A stretch of DNA of 64,000 nucleotides from Promethearchaeota archaeon (lineage in GTDB: Archaea > Asgardarchaeota > Hermodarchaeia > Hermodarchaeales > Hermodarchaeaceae): contig JBHLPH010000004.1 of the NCBI GenBank assembly GCA_048939625.1, positions 1 to 64,000 of the forward strand. Direction: 5' to 3'. A model generated the notes under the pieces. The model was not told the origin of the DNA and made no database searches. It saw only the letters and a list, made by a program, of their open reading frames with translations. The position numbers and the translations under genes were made by a program. This document shows, piece after piece, positions 8,993 through 19,035 of this stretch. Position 1 is the first letter of the stretch. Every line of letters starts with the position of its first letter.

Positions 8993-9862
8993 GTGAAAAT
9001 ATTGAACGGCGAATTTGATAAAAGGCGATTTGGGACCATTGCGGCACAAGTAGCGATTGCTGCTGTTTACGGTGGTATTTTAGCGTATATTTTATTATCG
9101 ACAACTGATCTCACATATATTTCACTGGGAACCGCCTATCCTTTTCCGCTTAATATTTACATGGTTCTTCTTTACGCAGGAATTGGACTTGGCATCGTCT
9201 TCATCCTCAATCTTTTTTTTCGGTTCTCCAGTCTCCGTCCAGATCGACTATTCGTTTCGGTACTTCTTTCCCCACTACTTTTTCTTGCAACGTTACTTGT
9301 GGGCCATATTATCCTTCTGTTCTTTCTCCAGGGCGTTGAGAATCTTTTTCTCTATACAATTGTAGCTTTCGCGTCGATATACTTCTCTATGTTTGCCATT
9401 CTCTTTATCATACTTGATATGCTTCCCACGTGGGGAAAACAAGTGATGGTTATTTGGTATGGAGGAAGTATCGGTGCTTTCCTTGGCGTGGCGATTCCTA
9501 CCCTGCCACTCTTCGTTTTATTCATCGCTTTAGCTGCCCTTGATATCTTCACCGCTCAGGCTGTTCAACCTGATTGGCATAAGCGTGTTGATGGCATGGA
9601 TTTCTTAGGTACGATGCTTGGTGGCACTTTTATGGGTGTTGGCGATATTGTCTCCTATTCAGCTATCGTGGCTCATTCCCTTGTCTACTTTGGAATCTGG
9701 TTTGCCTTTGCCTCCTCTTTGATGCTCTTTCTGGGAGTTGCCGTGTTGGTTGCCATATTTCAACGACGAATAGATAAACCAATACCCGGATTGATTGTCG
9801 TTATATTTGGAGTTCTTCCGTGGATTCCAGCATTAATAATCGAAATTTTAACTAGTATTTGA
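8993..9862 (+). CDS. Presenilin/GxGD-family intramembrane aspartyl protease
   Basis: About 9 TMs. LAALDIF is the YD-equivalent Asp, MGVGDIVSYS matches GLGDFIFYS, and PIPGL matches PAL, all in the correct order. Confidence 0.82.
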   Translation: MKILNGEFDKRRFGTIAAQVAIAAVYGGILAYILLSTTDLTYISLGTAYPFPLNIYMVLLYAGIGLGIVFILNLFFRFSSLRPDRLFVSVLLSPLLFLATLLVGHIILLFFLQGVENLFLYTIVAFASIYFSMFAILFIILDMLPTWGKQVMVIWYGGSIGAFLGVAIPTLPLFVLFIALAALDIFTAQAVQPDWHKRVDGMDFLGTMLGGTFMGVGDIVSYSAIVAHSLVYFGIWFAFASSLMLFLGVAVLVAIFQRRIDKPIPGLIVVIFGVLPWIPALIIEILTSI

Positions 9863-10048
9863 TAAATAGACCCAATAATGGATTTAATCAACTTAGCCAA
9901 ACCTCCACTTGTTCCAAGAGTCAATGATGTTACGCCCCAAGTAAAGGTAAAGACTTGCGGCTCCAGGTTGTTTTATCACATGTTAATCAAAGACCAGACT
10001 GATTGTTGATGCTGTTAAGGCCAGGGATGCTTGTTGGAAAGTGAAAGG

Positions 10049-11281
10049 CTATGTAGTCGACCAATGTTTCAAAGCTTCAGCTAATTCTGGGTGTGATGCC
10101 GCGAATTCTTCAAGAGAGAATCCAGCTAGGGTTGCATCCACCGCTTGCCGCATTGCAGTTGCACCTACTCGAGTTCCCTTAGGGTGTCCATGAATTCCGC
10201 CACCCGCTTGGATAACCAAGTCTGTTCCAAAAATGTCAATAAGAATAGGAACGTGTCGTGGGTGTAACCCTCCTGAAGCCACAGGCAGAGTTGGTTTCAA
10301 GCCAGCAAGTGGTTCTTTACATTTATGAATGTTGGTTTCAACTTCCTCTCGGTCTTCGGACATTTTTCCGACTGCCGTTCCTACGTGTAACTGGTCAATT
10401 CCGAGCAGTCGTGAAGCAGTGGCAATAACGGGCATCGCAATTCCGTGTTGGGGAAGCTTTGTGAAGGCTGCATGCATTGCTCGGTGTCCATGTAAGATGA
10501 GGTTGAAGCCTTGTGCTCGAAGTGTTGATACTGCAGAGTAACCACAGGTCAGTATATCAATCATGGCCACTCGTCCGCCATGATCTTCGATAAATTGAGC
10601 TCGTCGGAGCATTTCCTGGGTTTCTGCAGTGACATTGATTAAGTAGACTTTCTTTTCCCCAGTTTCTTCTTCGGCGCGATCGCGTTGGTCTAATGTAGTG
10701 ATGACGCGATCTTCAAAGGGATTAAACGCTTGACTCGAAAGATTTTCATCATCTTTCACTATATCACATCCCCCCGCCCAGGCTTCATAGGCAACAGTAG
10801 CATGATCTTTGGTTCGAAGTCCAAGTTTAGGTTTCACAATTGTTCCAACTAGAGGTCGTTTTGGAACTTTGATAGTAGCCCGGATTCCGGGAATGCCAAA
10901 CGCAGGTCCTGGGAAGCTTTTCACTAATTTTTTCGGAAATTTAATATCGAGTAATCGAAGGTACTTGAGATCGCCCAGTCCAAAGACGTTCCCAGCTACC
11001 GAACTCATGATGTTAGGCATGTTACCAGGCTCAAAGAGCTCAATAGGATAAGCGATGCGAGCAACGTTCCCAGTTAGCTCAAAGACGGTTGCGGCAAGCT
11101 TTTTCATGTAGGGTTTCTCAGTCGTTAATTCAGTCCAAGTCCCAATCGAACTTTCAGCTGCAACACCACCAGCCGCCCATTCCATGCTTCGTTTAGGATC
11201 CCTGGTTTCGATCCGGAAAGTGCAGATAGTATCTGTTAGAGCGGGTTTGTATTTGGGATTGTAAAAGTCCTCATATTTCAT
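10049..11281 (-). CDS. rbcL: Ribulose-1,5-bisphosphate carboxylase, form III
   Basis: AAESSIGTW, GTIVKPKLGL, KDDENL, HRAMH, LHVGT, VGKM, SGGLHP, QAGGGIHGHP: all catalytic motifs present. Confidence 0.96.
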   Translation of the reverse strand: MKYEDFYNPKYKPALTDTICTFRIETRDPKRSMEWAAGGVAAESSIGTWTELTTEKPYMKKLAATVFELTGNVARIAYPIELFEPGNMPNIMSSVAGNVFGLGDLKYLRLLDIKFPKKLVKSFPGPAFGIPGIRATIKVPKRPLVGTIVKPKLGLRTKDHATVAYEAWAGGCDIVKDDENLSSQAFNPFEDRVITTLDQRDRAEEETGEKKVYLINVTAETQEMLRRAQFIEDHGGRVAMIDILTCGYSAVSTLRAQGFNLILHGHRAMHAAFTKLPQHGIAMPVIATASRLLGIDQLHVGTAVGKMSEDREEVETNIHKCKEPLAGLKPTLPVASGGLHPRHVPILIDIFGTDLVIQAGGGIHGHPKGTRVGATAMRQAVDATLAGFSLEEFAASHPELAEALKHWSTT

Positions 11282-11366
11282 TCAGTGTCACCTACAGGAT
11301 GTCTGTGTACTATCGAAGAATTAAAGGAAGCTGACCTAAAATCATTCGCTTTATTGGATTTAGAGC

Positions 11367-12275
11367 TTAAACAAAGCTTACAGCGAAGGTAGTGAGAATA
11401 ACTCCAGCCACACAGGCAATAATCGCCAGCAAGGTCTTGAAATCTAAACGTTCTTGAAGACCACGCCACCCGATGAAAGCAGCAAAGAGCGGGGTCAACG
11501 AGGAGAGCAACGCGACAGAAGTAGTATCCATTAATTGTAACGCGCGAGCAAAGGCCACATAGCCAATTGTTAATGCAAAGATGCCACCAATGCTTAAGTA
11601 GATCAGCTTTTGTCGAGTAAGCGTCTTTTCTGGTTTAACGATTTGTTGCCCGCAAATAAAAGGAGACATGATGGCAAGAGCAATGAATAGGCGGATAACC
11701 GCGATAAGTACCAAATCAGTATTTTGAAGAACCGCGGACAGAAAAATGGTACTTATACTCCAACTAATAGCAGTGCCTATCGCTGCAAAAATGCCAATCA
11801 ATAGTAGAGATCGCGTGAGTGGCGTTTCTTTTTGTGCGGTTTTATTCAGTTGGTATCCGAGAAGAGCGATCCCACTTACCGTGAGCAAAGCTGCTGGAAT
11901 CATCAACCAATGCACTGGTTGAGCTAAGAAGAGGGTTTGAAACAACAGAACAAAGAGAGGATAGGTTGAGGTGATTGGTACTCCTCGACTTACACCTAAT
12001 TTCTGAATTGCAATGAAGTAGAGGGCGTCGCCAATCACAAAAGCGAAGAGGCTACTACCAATAATGAGAAACCATTCCCATGGGCTTAAGAATAGAACCT
12101 GTGGATAGAGATTAAGGAGAAGGGTAATAAAAGCAAGGATACTGATAGGTGCAAGGATACGAATGAAATTTGCAGTTAATGGCGAGACATCATTCGCACC
12201 GGTCTTATAAAAAGCTGCACTGACTGCCCAGGAAAATGCCGCGATTAATGCGGCAACAACTCCGATAATTAGCAT
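11367..12275 (-). CDS. DMT/EamA family transporter
   Basis: Ten TMs in two repeats; GDALYFIAIQKLGVSRGVPITSTYPLF. Confidence 0.9.
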   Translation of the reverse strand: MLIIGVVAALIAAFSWAVSAAFYKTGANDVSPLTANFIRILAPISILAFITLLLNLYPQVLFLSPWEWFLIIGSSLFAFVIGDALYFIAIQKLGVSRGVPITSTYPLFVLLFQTLFLAQPVHWLMIPAALLTVSGIALLGYQLNKTAQKETPLTRSLLLIGIFAAIGTAISWSISTIFLSAVLQNTDLVLIAVIRLFIALAIMSPFICGQQIVKPEKTLTRQKLIYLSIGGIFALTIGYVAFARALQLMDTTSVALLSSLTPLFAAFIGWRGLQERLDFKTLLAIIACVAGVILTTFAVSFV

Positions 12276-12376
12276 AAGGGTTCGGCTTCCCTCTCTAGTT
12301 CTTCCCTTTTATCTTTCCGTTGCACCTCATAGTGTTTTTATCAAGGTATCACCTCAACTGAGTCAGATGTGTTGAT

Positions 12377-12799
12377 ATGACAGTCTATACCGGTGACATG
12401 AAAGTCAAAACCAATGGTGAACCCGACATCATCGACGTTACAAATCAAGTCACCCAGCATGTGGAACGAAGCACAATCCAATCAGGACTCGTAACAGTCT
12501 TCTGTACTGGTTCCACTGCCGCAGTAACTACTATTGAATACGAGCCAGGACTCCTCAAAGACCTCCCCGCAGCAATGGAGCGTTTTGCACCGCGAGACGC
12601 CGTATATGAACACCATCTTCGATGGCAAGATGGAAATGGTCACAGCCACGTCAGGGCTGCCATAATAGGCCCCAGTCTTACAATCCCAATAATCGAAGGA
12701 AAAATGCCGTTGGGGACCTGGCAACAGATCGCTCTGCTCGAATTAGACATTCGACCTCGAACACGTCAACTGATAATACACGTTATTGGGGACCAATAA
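12377..12799 (+). CDS. yjbQ: YjbQ/UPF0047 family protein
   Basis: GSTAAVTTIEYEPGL, DGNGHSHVRA, LGTWQQI, ELD. Confidence 0.93.
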   Translation: MTVYTGDMKVKTNGEPDIIDVTNQVTQHVERSTIQSGLVTVFCTGSTAAVTTIEYEPGLLKDLPAAMERFAPRDAVYEHHLRWQDGNGHSHVRAAIIGPSLTIPIIEGKMPLGTWQQIALLELDIRPRTRQLIIHVIGDQ

Positions 12800-12806
12800 C
12801 GAAGAA

Positions 12807-13589
12807 CTACTTCTGTCCCTTTCCTAGGTAGATACGCTGTGGATCAAGTCCACGTAGTTTTTGTAGTTCATATTCAGTAGGCTCAGCCGTTGTAGAAACC
12901 GATTTGGGAACTATTAAATCGAACATCACATTTTCCTTGACCCATTCGACCGTTACACCCGGATGAACCGAGTTCAGCCGGATTCGCTTGGTTTTAGGAT
13001 CAAAATCCATCTGACACTTGTCTGTGACAACAAGTGATGGTCCTCCTCCGATTAAACCCATTTTCTCACGGCTTCCAGGTCCAGAAAGATGCCCCGGGCT
13101 TGTCATGTAATCAAGCTTCTTTACGAACTTTCGTGAATCGTGTGTAAACATCAGGATAATACGACCAGCTGAACTGGCAATATCATTACCTCCACCACTT
13201 CCTGGGAGGCGGACTTTGGGTGATTCAAAGTCACCAATGTAGGAGGTATTGATGTTTCCATATTCATCGATTTGAGCCGCGCCCAGAAAACCCACATCAA
13301 CTCGACCTGCCATCATCAGAAAGCCAAGGGTTTCAATAAGTCCAATTGAGGCTGCAGCCCGGTAACCCAACCGGGAATCAGCTACAGATAACGCTAAGTC
13401 CTTATTTTGGGTGTCAACATTTCCCCCTTCATAGATAATGATGGCATTTGGGGCATGGGTTACCTTAGCAAGCATTGCACCAAGTACTGGCAGACCCGTG
13501 CCTGCAAACACACGCTCACCATCCTGTACAGCATGGGCTCCACAAACTGCCATCATTTCCGTTGCTGTATACTCAACCATATCCATCAC
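12807..13589 (-). CDS. Family I CoA-transferase beta subunit (GctB-like)
   Basis: FAGTGLP, IIYEGG (catalytic Glu region), GFLGAAQIDEYGNIN, RLPGSGGGNDIAS. Confidence 0.9.
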   Translation of the reverse strand: MMDMVEYTATEMMAVCGAHAVQDGERVFAGTGLPVLGAMLAKVTHAPNAIIIYEGGNVDTQNKDLALSVADSRLGYRAAASIGLIETLGFLMMAGRVDVGFLGAAQIDEYGNINTSYIGDFESPKVRLPGSGGGNDIASSAGRIILMFTHDSRKFVKKLDYMTSPGHLSGPGSREKMGLIGGGPSLVVTDKCQMDFDPKTKRIRLNSVHPGVTVEWVKENVMFDLIVPKSVSTTAEPTEYELQKLRGLDPQRIYLGKGQK

Positions 13590-13595
13590 ATCCTC

Positions 13596-14510
13596 CTAGT
13601 AGCCAAATCGTGGATCTGCTCGCAACTCCTTCAATCGTTTCTTTCCAATCTTCTTCAGGAGTCCTTCATGACTCTCCACATCAAGAATCCACTCGTCTAA
13701 ATACTCCTGCCAGCCCTCTTCAGTCTTACATTGCTGAACATAATACTGCAAGTGGGCTAAATCATAGTCGTACAAACCAAATACCTGCATTGGCCAGCTC
13801 CCAAAAGGAAGTTCCACAACATAATCAACATACAAACCAGGAATCATCGTCATATCCGGGTTCTGTCGAATTTCCTCATTTGAAATGATTTCTTCTACAA
13901 ACACAATTGACTTCTTTGCACAGCGAGTAATCTCGTTATCTTCCCCTTTAATACCAAAGATTTGCACATTCCCAGCTTGGTCCGCTTTCTGAGCACAAAT
14001 AACACCAAAATCCGCCTGAATTGAAGGTAACAGGGCAACCGGCGTTCCACTGAATGGACATTCCATCATCATCGCCTTGTCTTTCCGCAGTCGAGTCTTC
14101 TCCATCATATCAGATCCAATCATATGTCGAATTGGCATAAACGGTACATTCAGAGCCCCACCCAAAAACCGGAGAGCCATAGCCAGATTAGAATAGTCCT
14201 CAAATTTGACCTTCCCTTCCCTTATCCGACGGCGAAGATTGGGGGCTAATCCCAAGGCTTCAATAGCAAAGAAGGCAACCTCAAATTCCAAACACACTTC
14301 AGCACCTACGAGAATGTCCAAATCATGCTCCGATCCACAGGTGTAAATACGTATTTCGCGTTTCTTTTGACGGATGAGTTCCATTGCAAAGGCTTCAGGC
14401 GGTCGTTGGTAGCCAAATCCGCCCCAGGCGATGTGGGCGCCGTTATGAACCTTTTTGGTAACTTCTTCAAGAGTGATGCGTTTGTCTTCGATTGCTGCTT
14501 CTGTCAACAT
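13596..14510 (-). CDS. Family I CoA-transferase alpha subunit (GctA-like)
   Basis: GGFGYQRPP, EDYSNLAMALRF.GGA..VPFMP, CPFSG, QKADQAGNV, PFGSWP. Confidence 0.9.
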   Translation of the reverse strand: MLTEAAIEDKRITLEEVTKKVHNGAHIAWGGFGYQRPPEAFAMELIRQKKREIRIYTCGSEHDLDILVGAEVCLEFEVAFFAIEALGLAPNLRRRIREGKVKFEDYSNLAMALRFLGGALNVPFMPIRHMIGSDMMEKTRLRKDKAMMMECPFSGTPVALLPSIQADFGVICAQKADQAGNVQIFGIKGEDNEITRCAKKSIVFVEEIISNEEIRQNPDMTMIPGLYVDYVVELPFGSWPMQVFGLYDYDLAHLQYYVQQCKTEEGWQEYLDEWILDVESHEGLLKKIGKKRLKELRADPRFGY

Positions 14511-14573
14511 TGCTCACCAGAAATTACATGTACAGTCAAAGATTACTAGAAGTGATAAAAGGCTTACCGCCGT

Positions 14574-16007
14574 TTAGCCAATTTTGGCTTCGAGCACATC
14601 TTTAGCTGTAAAAACTTCGAGCACATTAGTTCGACCGGGAACCAAGGCAGAGGCACGCACCACAACCACTCTTTCCTCGGGTTTGATAATTCCGTCACTG
14701 TGCAGCTTCTTGAAAGCCAGTTGAAGAAGTTCGTCCATGTCGTCACAATGCTTAATCAATAGGCTTTCGGTACCCCAGAGTAATTTCATCTGTCGCTGTA
14801 CTCGAATATGTGGCGTACTTGCAACAACCCGAACGAAGGGTCGATATTTTGAAACCATGCGGGCCGAATAACCCGCCATAGTAAAAACAAGAACAGTTTG
14901 GACATCCAGATTCTTTGCCATGGTGACGACAGACCGACCAAGTTCTTCCGCAATAAGATGTTGCCCTGAATCATAGTAGGTTAAATCGCGTTGGGGAAAT
15001 GACGGTATCACTTGTTGCCCAATCGTTTCCATGACCCGAACCGCAGCAACTGGATGTCGCCCAACTGCTGTCTCAGCTGAAAGCATTACTGCATCTGATC
15101 CATCTAGAATAGCGTTTGCTACATCGCTCGTTTCAGCCCGAGTCGGACGAGAATTATGCACCATGGATTCAAGCATCTGTGTTGCAACTATGACTGGTTT
15201 GCCTGCCTGGTTACACTTACGGACAATTTCTTTTTGGAGGAGAGGTACTTGTTCAGGTGGAATTTCGACACCAAGATCACCCCGCGCAACCATGATGCCA
15301 TCACTTGCCTCCAGGATTTCGTCAAAATTTTGGATAGCCATAATATGCTCGATTTTTGATATAATAGGAATATCAGTGCCTTCATTGCGCAGGAAGCCTT
15401 GGACTTTTTTAATTTCGCTTCGGCGCTTCACCGCTGAAATGGCTACAAATTCTGGACCAAGTTCAACAATAAACTTGAGATGTTCGATATCTTGGAGTGT
15501 GGGTACAGCCATCCCTAAATCGACACCCGGAACATTTACACCTTTATTCGTGCTCATTTCTCCACCAGTCACCACGGAACAATGGATTTCCGATCCCCGA
15601 ATCTTATCGACATGAAGTTCGACGATTCCATCATTAACGAAGATGCTTTGACCAGCTTTGATTAGTTTAGTGAGAGTCTTTAGCGATACACTGACACGGG
15701 CGGCATCTCCTTCGATGTCTTCCGTTGTTAAAGTAATTTGGTCTCCTTCGTTTAGGGTGAAGGGAGATTTGACAATACCGATTCGAACACGGGGCCCTTC
15801 AAGATCCATAAGAATAGGATGATTGGGAAGATTTTCGCGAATGCGATCAAAGCGCGTTCTATGTTCCTTTAAGGTTCCATGCGAGAGGTTAAGTCGTAGA
15901 ACATCCATTCCCGCCTTTGCCATATCTAATAGCTTCTCTTTGCTTTGACAGGCAGGTCCGATTGTGCAGACAATTTTCGAACGGGTGGGAATCTTTCTTT
16001 GTTTCAC
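14574..16007 (-). CDS. pyk: Pyruvate kinase
   Basis: KIVCTIGPA, RLNLSHG, KIE, MVARGDLGVE, ATQMLESM, PTRAETSDVANA. Confidence 0.97.
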   Translation of the reverse strand: MKQRKIPTRSKIVCTIGPACQSKEKLLDMAKAGMDVLRLNLSHGTLKEHRTRFDRIRENLPNHPILMDLEGPRVRIGIVKSPFTLNEGDQITLTTEDIEGDAARVSVSLKTLTKLIKAGQSIFVNDGIVELHVDKIRGSEIHCSVVTGGEMSTNKGVNVPGVDLGMAVPTLQDIEHLKFIVELGPEFVAISAVKRRSEIKKVQGFLRNEGTDIPIISKIEHIMAIQNFDEILEASDGIMVARGDLGVEIPPEQVPLLQKEIVRKCNQAGKPVIVATQMLESMVHNSRPTRAETSDVANAILDGSDAVMLSAETAVGRHPVAAVRVMETIGQQVIPSFPQRDLTYYDSGQHLIAEELGRSVVTMAKNLDVQTVLVFTMAGYSARMVSKYRPFVRVVASTPHIRVQRQMKLLWGTESLLIKHCDDMDELLQLAFKKLHSDGIIKPEERVVVVRASALVPGRTNVLEVFTAKDVLEAKIG

Positions 16008-16142
16008 CTTTCCACCACATCTCAGGGTATAGGAGACACCATTTCTGCAAACCTAATTAGTGTTACTACCAGACGTGTTGCCCTGGATATTAGATTGGGA
16101 TTAAACCATAGAAAACCGCCTTACAGTCTACACCATTGTAGG

Positions 16143-16313
16143 TTATTCTTCATAATCCATTCCCAAGAATAAACCAGTTATCAGAATGAATGCGACCAGA
16201 AGGCTAAGGAAAATAAAAAAATAATTGCTTGTAAAAATAGCGATGGGAACGCTAATTCCCACGGCTCCCCCAATAATTGCTCCTATACTTCCATTTCGTT
16301 CTGATTTTTTCAC
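16143..16313 (-). CDS. Small two-TM membrane protein (not in ORF track)
   Basis: Hand translation from GTG: MKKSERNGSIGAIIGGAVGISVPIAIFTSNYFFIFLSLLVAFILITGLFLGMDYEE* (56 aa). Confidence 0.55.
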   Translation of the reverse strand: MKKSERNGSIGAIIGGAVGISVPIAIFTSNYFFIFLSLLVAFILITGLFLGMDYEE

Positions 16314-16518
16314 TTTCTTCTTACTCCCTCATTCGTGTTTTGTGTAAGATATCTTGCATGATTTCAGATAAATGTTACAAAAAGACACACCATAAATGAT
16401 TCCCTTAATTATAGAAACTTTATGCTCTCTCATGTATTATGGATTGAAAATCACTTATCCTTAGAATCATCGTGACTTTTATAACGCGGAAACTCACACA
16501 GAGACAACTGAGCCAAGA

Positions 16519-16803
16519 ATGTACGTGACTGTGAGGTACCTCAGTGTCATTCGAGAAATCACCGGAACACGAGAAGAGGTGATAGAAGTTGACAATGGGT
16601 CGACAGTCGAAGACCTTCTTAGTATCCTTTCGAAGAAGTATGGCAAAGCATTTAATCGAATGATTCGATCTGGGCGTGATATTCGAGGATTACAAATCAT
16701 CTATTTTATTGATGGGAAGAACATCGCAAATCTCGCAGGATTCAAAACTCCAATTCATAATCAAAGTGAACTCGTCATTATTCCACCGGTAGCAGGTGGA
16801 TAA
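16519..16803 (+). CDS. MoaD/ThiS/SAMP ubiquitin-like beta-grasp protein
   Basis: VTVRYLSVIREITG, STVEDLL, IIPPVAGG with C-terminal diglycine. Confidence 0.92.
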   Translation: MYVTVRYLSVIREITGTREEVIEVDNGSTVEDLLSILSKKYGKAFNRMIRSGRDIRGLQIIYFIDGKNIANLAGFKTPIHNQSELVIIPPVAGG

Positions 16804-16809
16804 GGCTTG

Positions 16810-17754
16810 TTATATTAGGTTCCCAGGATCATTGTAATGATGTGGGAGGGAATGTACCCTTTCGATGATGCTAGTTTCAAAAACATCGGCTTCTCTGAGA
16901 CTTTTTTGAATATAGCCCATCTCTTGCAGCACTGGAATGAAAGCCAAAGTGGATTGAATGTATTCGGGGGGAAGGCTTGCACAATATTTGGGTGAGACAC
17001 GAAACACTTGTTTAAGAAATGTCTCATCAACTATCCCGATTTCTTTTACGGCTAGGGAGGCCGCTTTACTTGGATTCTCTCGCATGAGGTTACAGGCGTC
17101 TTCATGAATTGCAAGGAATCCTCGTACATCCTCTGGTTGTGCTTTAATCATGGATGAGGTAGCTACAATTCCATAACTGGGATTGTAGGGCCAAATGGAA
17201 TTTGGGGGAAGCACCAGTTGAGCATCCAAATATTTCGTTGCAAGAACAGCTAGTGGAGGTGTTCCACAACCTCCAGCAACCTTCTCATCCTCCATCGCTT
17301 CAAGTATGAAATCTGCCCAGATAAAATTCTCGATTGTTATGGAGGCAGCTAGTCCGGCATCAGCAACGAGTTTGCGAATAATAACGTCATGAATTGAGCC
17401 TTTTGAAGGAGTTCCAAGTTTCTTGCCTTCGAATTGTTGCAAAGCTGCTTCAACAGATCCGGCTTCTTGAAGTGTTTTGTACTCTGCAAGGCCAGTGACC
17501 ACGGTTCCCTCAACATGCCCGCCACCTACACATTGGATATCCAATCCTTGTTCCATACCAATCATTGCAGGGGGGAGCCCGATATAACCGAGGTCCAAAT
17601 CTCCGTTCTTGAAAGCTTGAACTATGGCAGGTCCAGTGGGAAATAGCGTCCATTCGGTTTGCACCTTCATTTTCTCCTCAACCCAATGTCCCCCCATTAA
17701 AATGAAAGCGGTATGATAGGCGGTTGAGAGATGACCGATTCGCAGTACCGTCAT
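16810..17754 (-). CDS. NitT/TauT/SsuA-like periplasmic-binding-fold protein lacking a signal peptide
   Basis: LRIGHL, FPTGPAIVQAF..GDLDLGYIGLPPA, GTPSKGSIHDVI. Confidence 0.85.
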   Translation of the reverse strand: MTVLRIGHLSTAYHTAFILMGGHWVEEKMKVQTEWTLFPTGPAIVQAFKNGDLDLGYIGLPPAMIGMEQGLDIQCVGGGHVEGTVVTGLAEYKTLQEAGSVEAALQQFEGKKLGTPSKGSIHDVIIRKLVADAGLAASITIENFIWADFILEAMEDEKVAGGCGTPPLAVLATKYLDAQLVLPPNSIWPYNPSYGIVATSSMIKAQPEDVRGFLAIHEDACNLMRENPSKAASLAVKEIGIVDETFLKQVFRVSPKYCASLPPEYIQSTLAFIPVLQEMGYIQKSLREADVFETSIIERVHSLPHHYNDPGNLI

Positions 17755-17825
17755 GGCACTGAGTCTTCTCTGTCTTGTTCCACTTAATTATTATCCACGA
17801 ATAATAATCCCTGATGGCATTGTTT

Positions 17826-18968
17826 TTAAAATGCCCAAAAACCGTTGAGTGCCAGAATCCAGCGTACACCCAATGCGATAAAAAGAACGATATATGTGGC
17901 TGCGATATCCCAATAGACAGATCGCTTGGAGCGGAATGGTAGCCAAAAATAGGCGAAAAATAGCGAGAGCCCGAAATAGCTTACTGTAATCAGAATCCAT
18001 CCAATCACCCCAATTGTGCGATAGAACCCAAGAATGACTCCAAAGAGGATGATGCCATAAAGGTGGTGAGCGATATAGGAGATCAAAGCTATCTGACCGT
18101 TAATTTCAAAGAGCCGACTAATTGGATTCCACCATTTCCAAACATCTACAGTCAATAAGACACTAGCTACAGCAAGGAGTGCCATGCCAGATGAAAGCAG
18201 GAAGAAACCATTCGTGAGAGGATACTGGCTCACAAGATCCCCAAGAAGAAAGAAAGGCAGAACTGCTAAGGATAGAATACTCCCAATAACAAGGGTGTCA
18301 TAAACAAGCCGTCTGGGATTCGCGGGGGTTTCGAGTATCGCCTCTCCGATGAATGTGCCAATAATTGAACACGCAAGCCATGGAAAGAGCGGGGCTTTTC
18401 CTGTTGCAACGATAGCAGACAAATGATCGAACCAGGTTTGGGGAGGCGCATACTGAATATTGCCAACAGTTCCCACAATTACCTCATAATTTAGCCAAAC
18501 ACGAAATATAGGAGCCAAGAGTATTATCAGAATTGGGAGAAATACTCGATAACGCTTGGGAATGTAAAGGGTTAGCTGAGCAATAATCAGAGAGAAGCCG
18601 ATGAGTTGGAGAATACTCCAATCCAGAATCCATACTGTCCCAAACATAACAACAGAAAAGAGATAGCCTAATCCCATGATTAAAAGCCCCCGCGACAGCA
18701 CCCATTTCCAAATTGTCTTTGTGGAATCCCCTCTTTGTTGGAAGCGTGAGTTGGCCAAGACAACACCGATTCCTGCAACAATGTAAAAAAGAGGCGCTGG
18801 AATTATACCAAAAAAGAGAATCGACATCGCAATAGGTGACTGATATCCACCACCAACGAAGGTTTGTCCGAAATGGTTGATAATCATAAACACCAATGCA
18901 ATGCCACGAAGCACATCCACTGAAGCAATCCGACCGTTATGCTCGATATGGACGTGGGATTCTACCAT
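17826..18968 (-). CDS. DUF1624/HGSNAT-like membrane acyltransferase-family protein
   Basis: RIASVDVLRGIALVFMIINH, APLF, SILQLIG, PLFPW, multiple TMs. Confidence 0.85.
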   Translation of the reverse strand: MVESHVHIEHNGRIASVDVLRGIALVFMIINHFGQTFVGGGYQSPIAMSILFFGIIPAPLFYIVAGIGVVLANSRFQQRGDSTKTIWKWVLSRGLLIMGLGYLFSVVMFGTVWILDWSILQLIGFSLIIAQLTLYIPKRYRVFLPILIILLAPIFRVWLNYEVIVGTVGNIQYAPPQTWFDHLSAIVATGKAPLFPWLACSIIGTFIGEAILETPANPRRLVYDTLVIGSILSLAVLPFFLLGDLVSQYPLTNGFFLLSSGMALLAVASVLLTVDVWKWWNPISRLFEINGQIALISYIAHHLYGIILFGVILGFYRTIGVIGWILITVSYFGLSLFFAYFWLPFRSKRSVYWDIAATYIVLFIALGVRWILALNGFWAF

Positions 18969-19035
18969 GACTATCGAACCACATCAATTCTAAATTCAAT
19001 GATAGGAAGGTTGCATTGATTTACTTCTATAAGAG

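Noticed and set aside
10049-11281. RuBisCO-like protein (form IV)
   Set aside because: KDDE, HRAMH, the loop-6 Lys and the SGG/GGG motifs are all intact, indicating a true form III enzyme.
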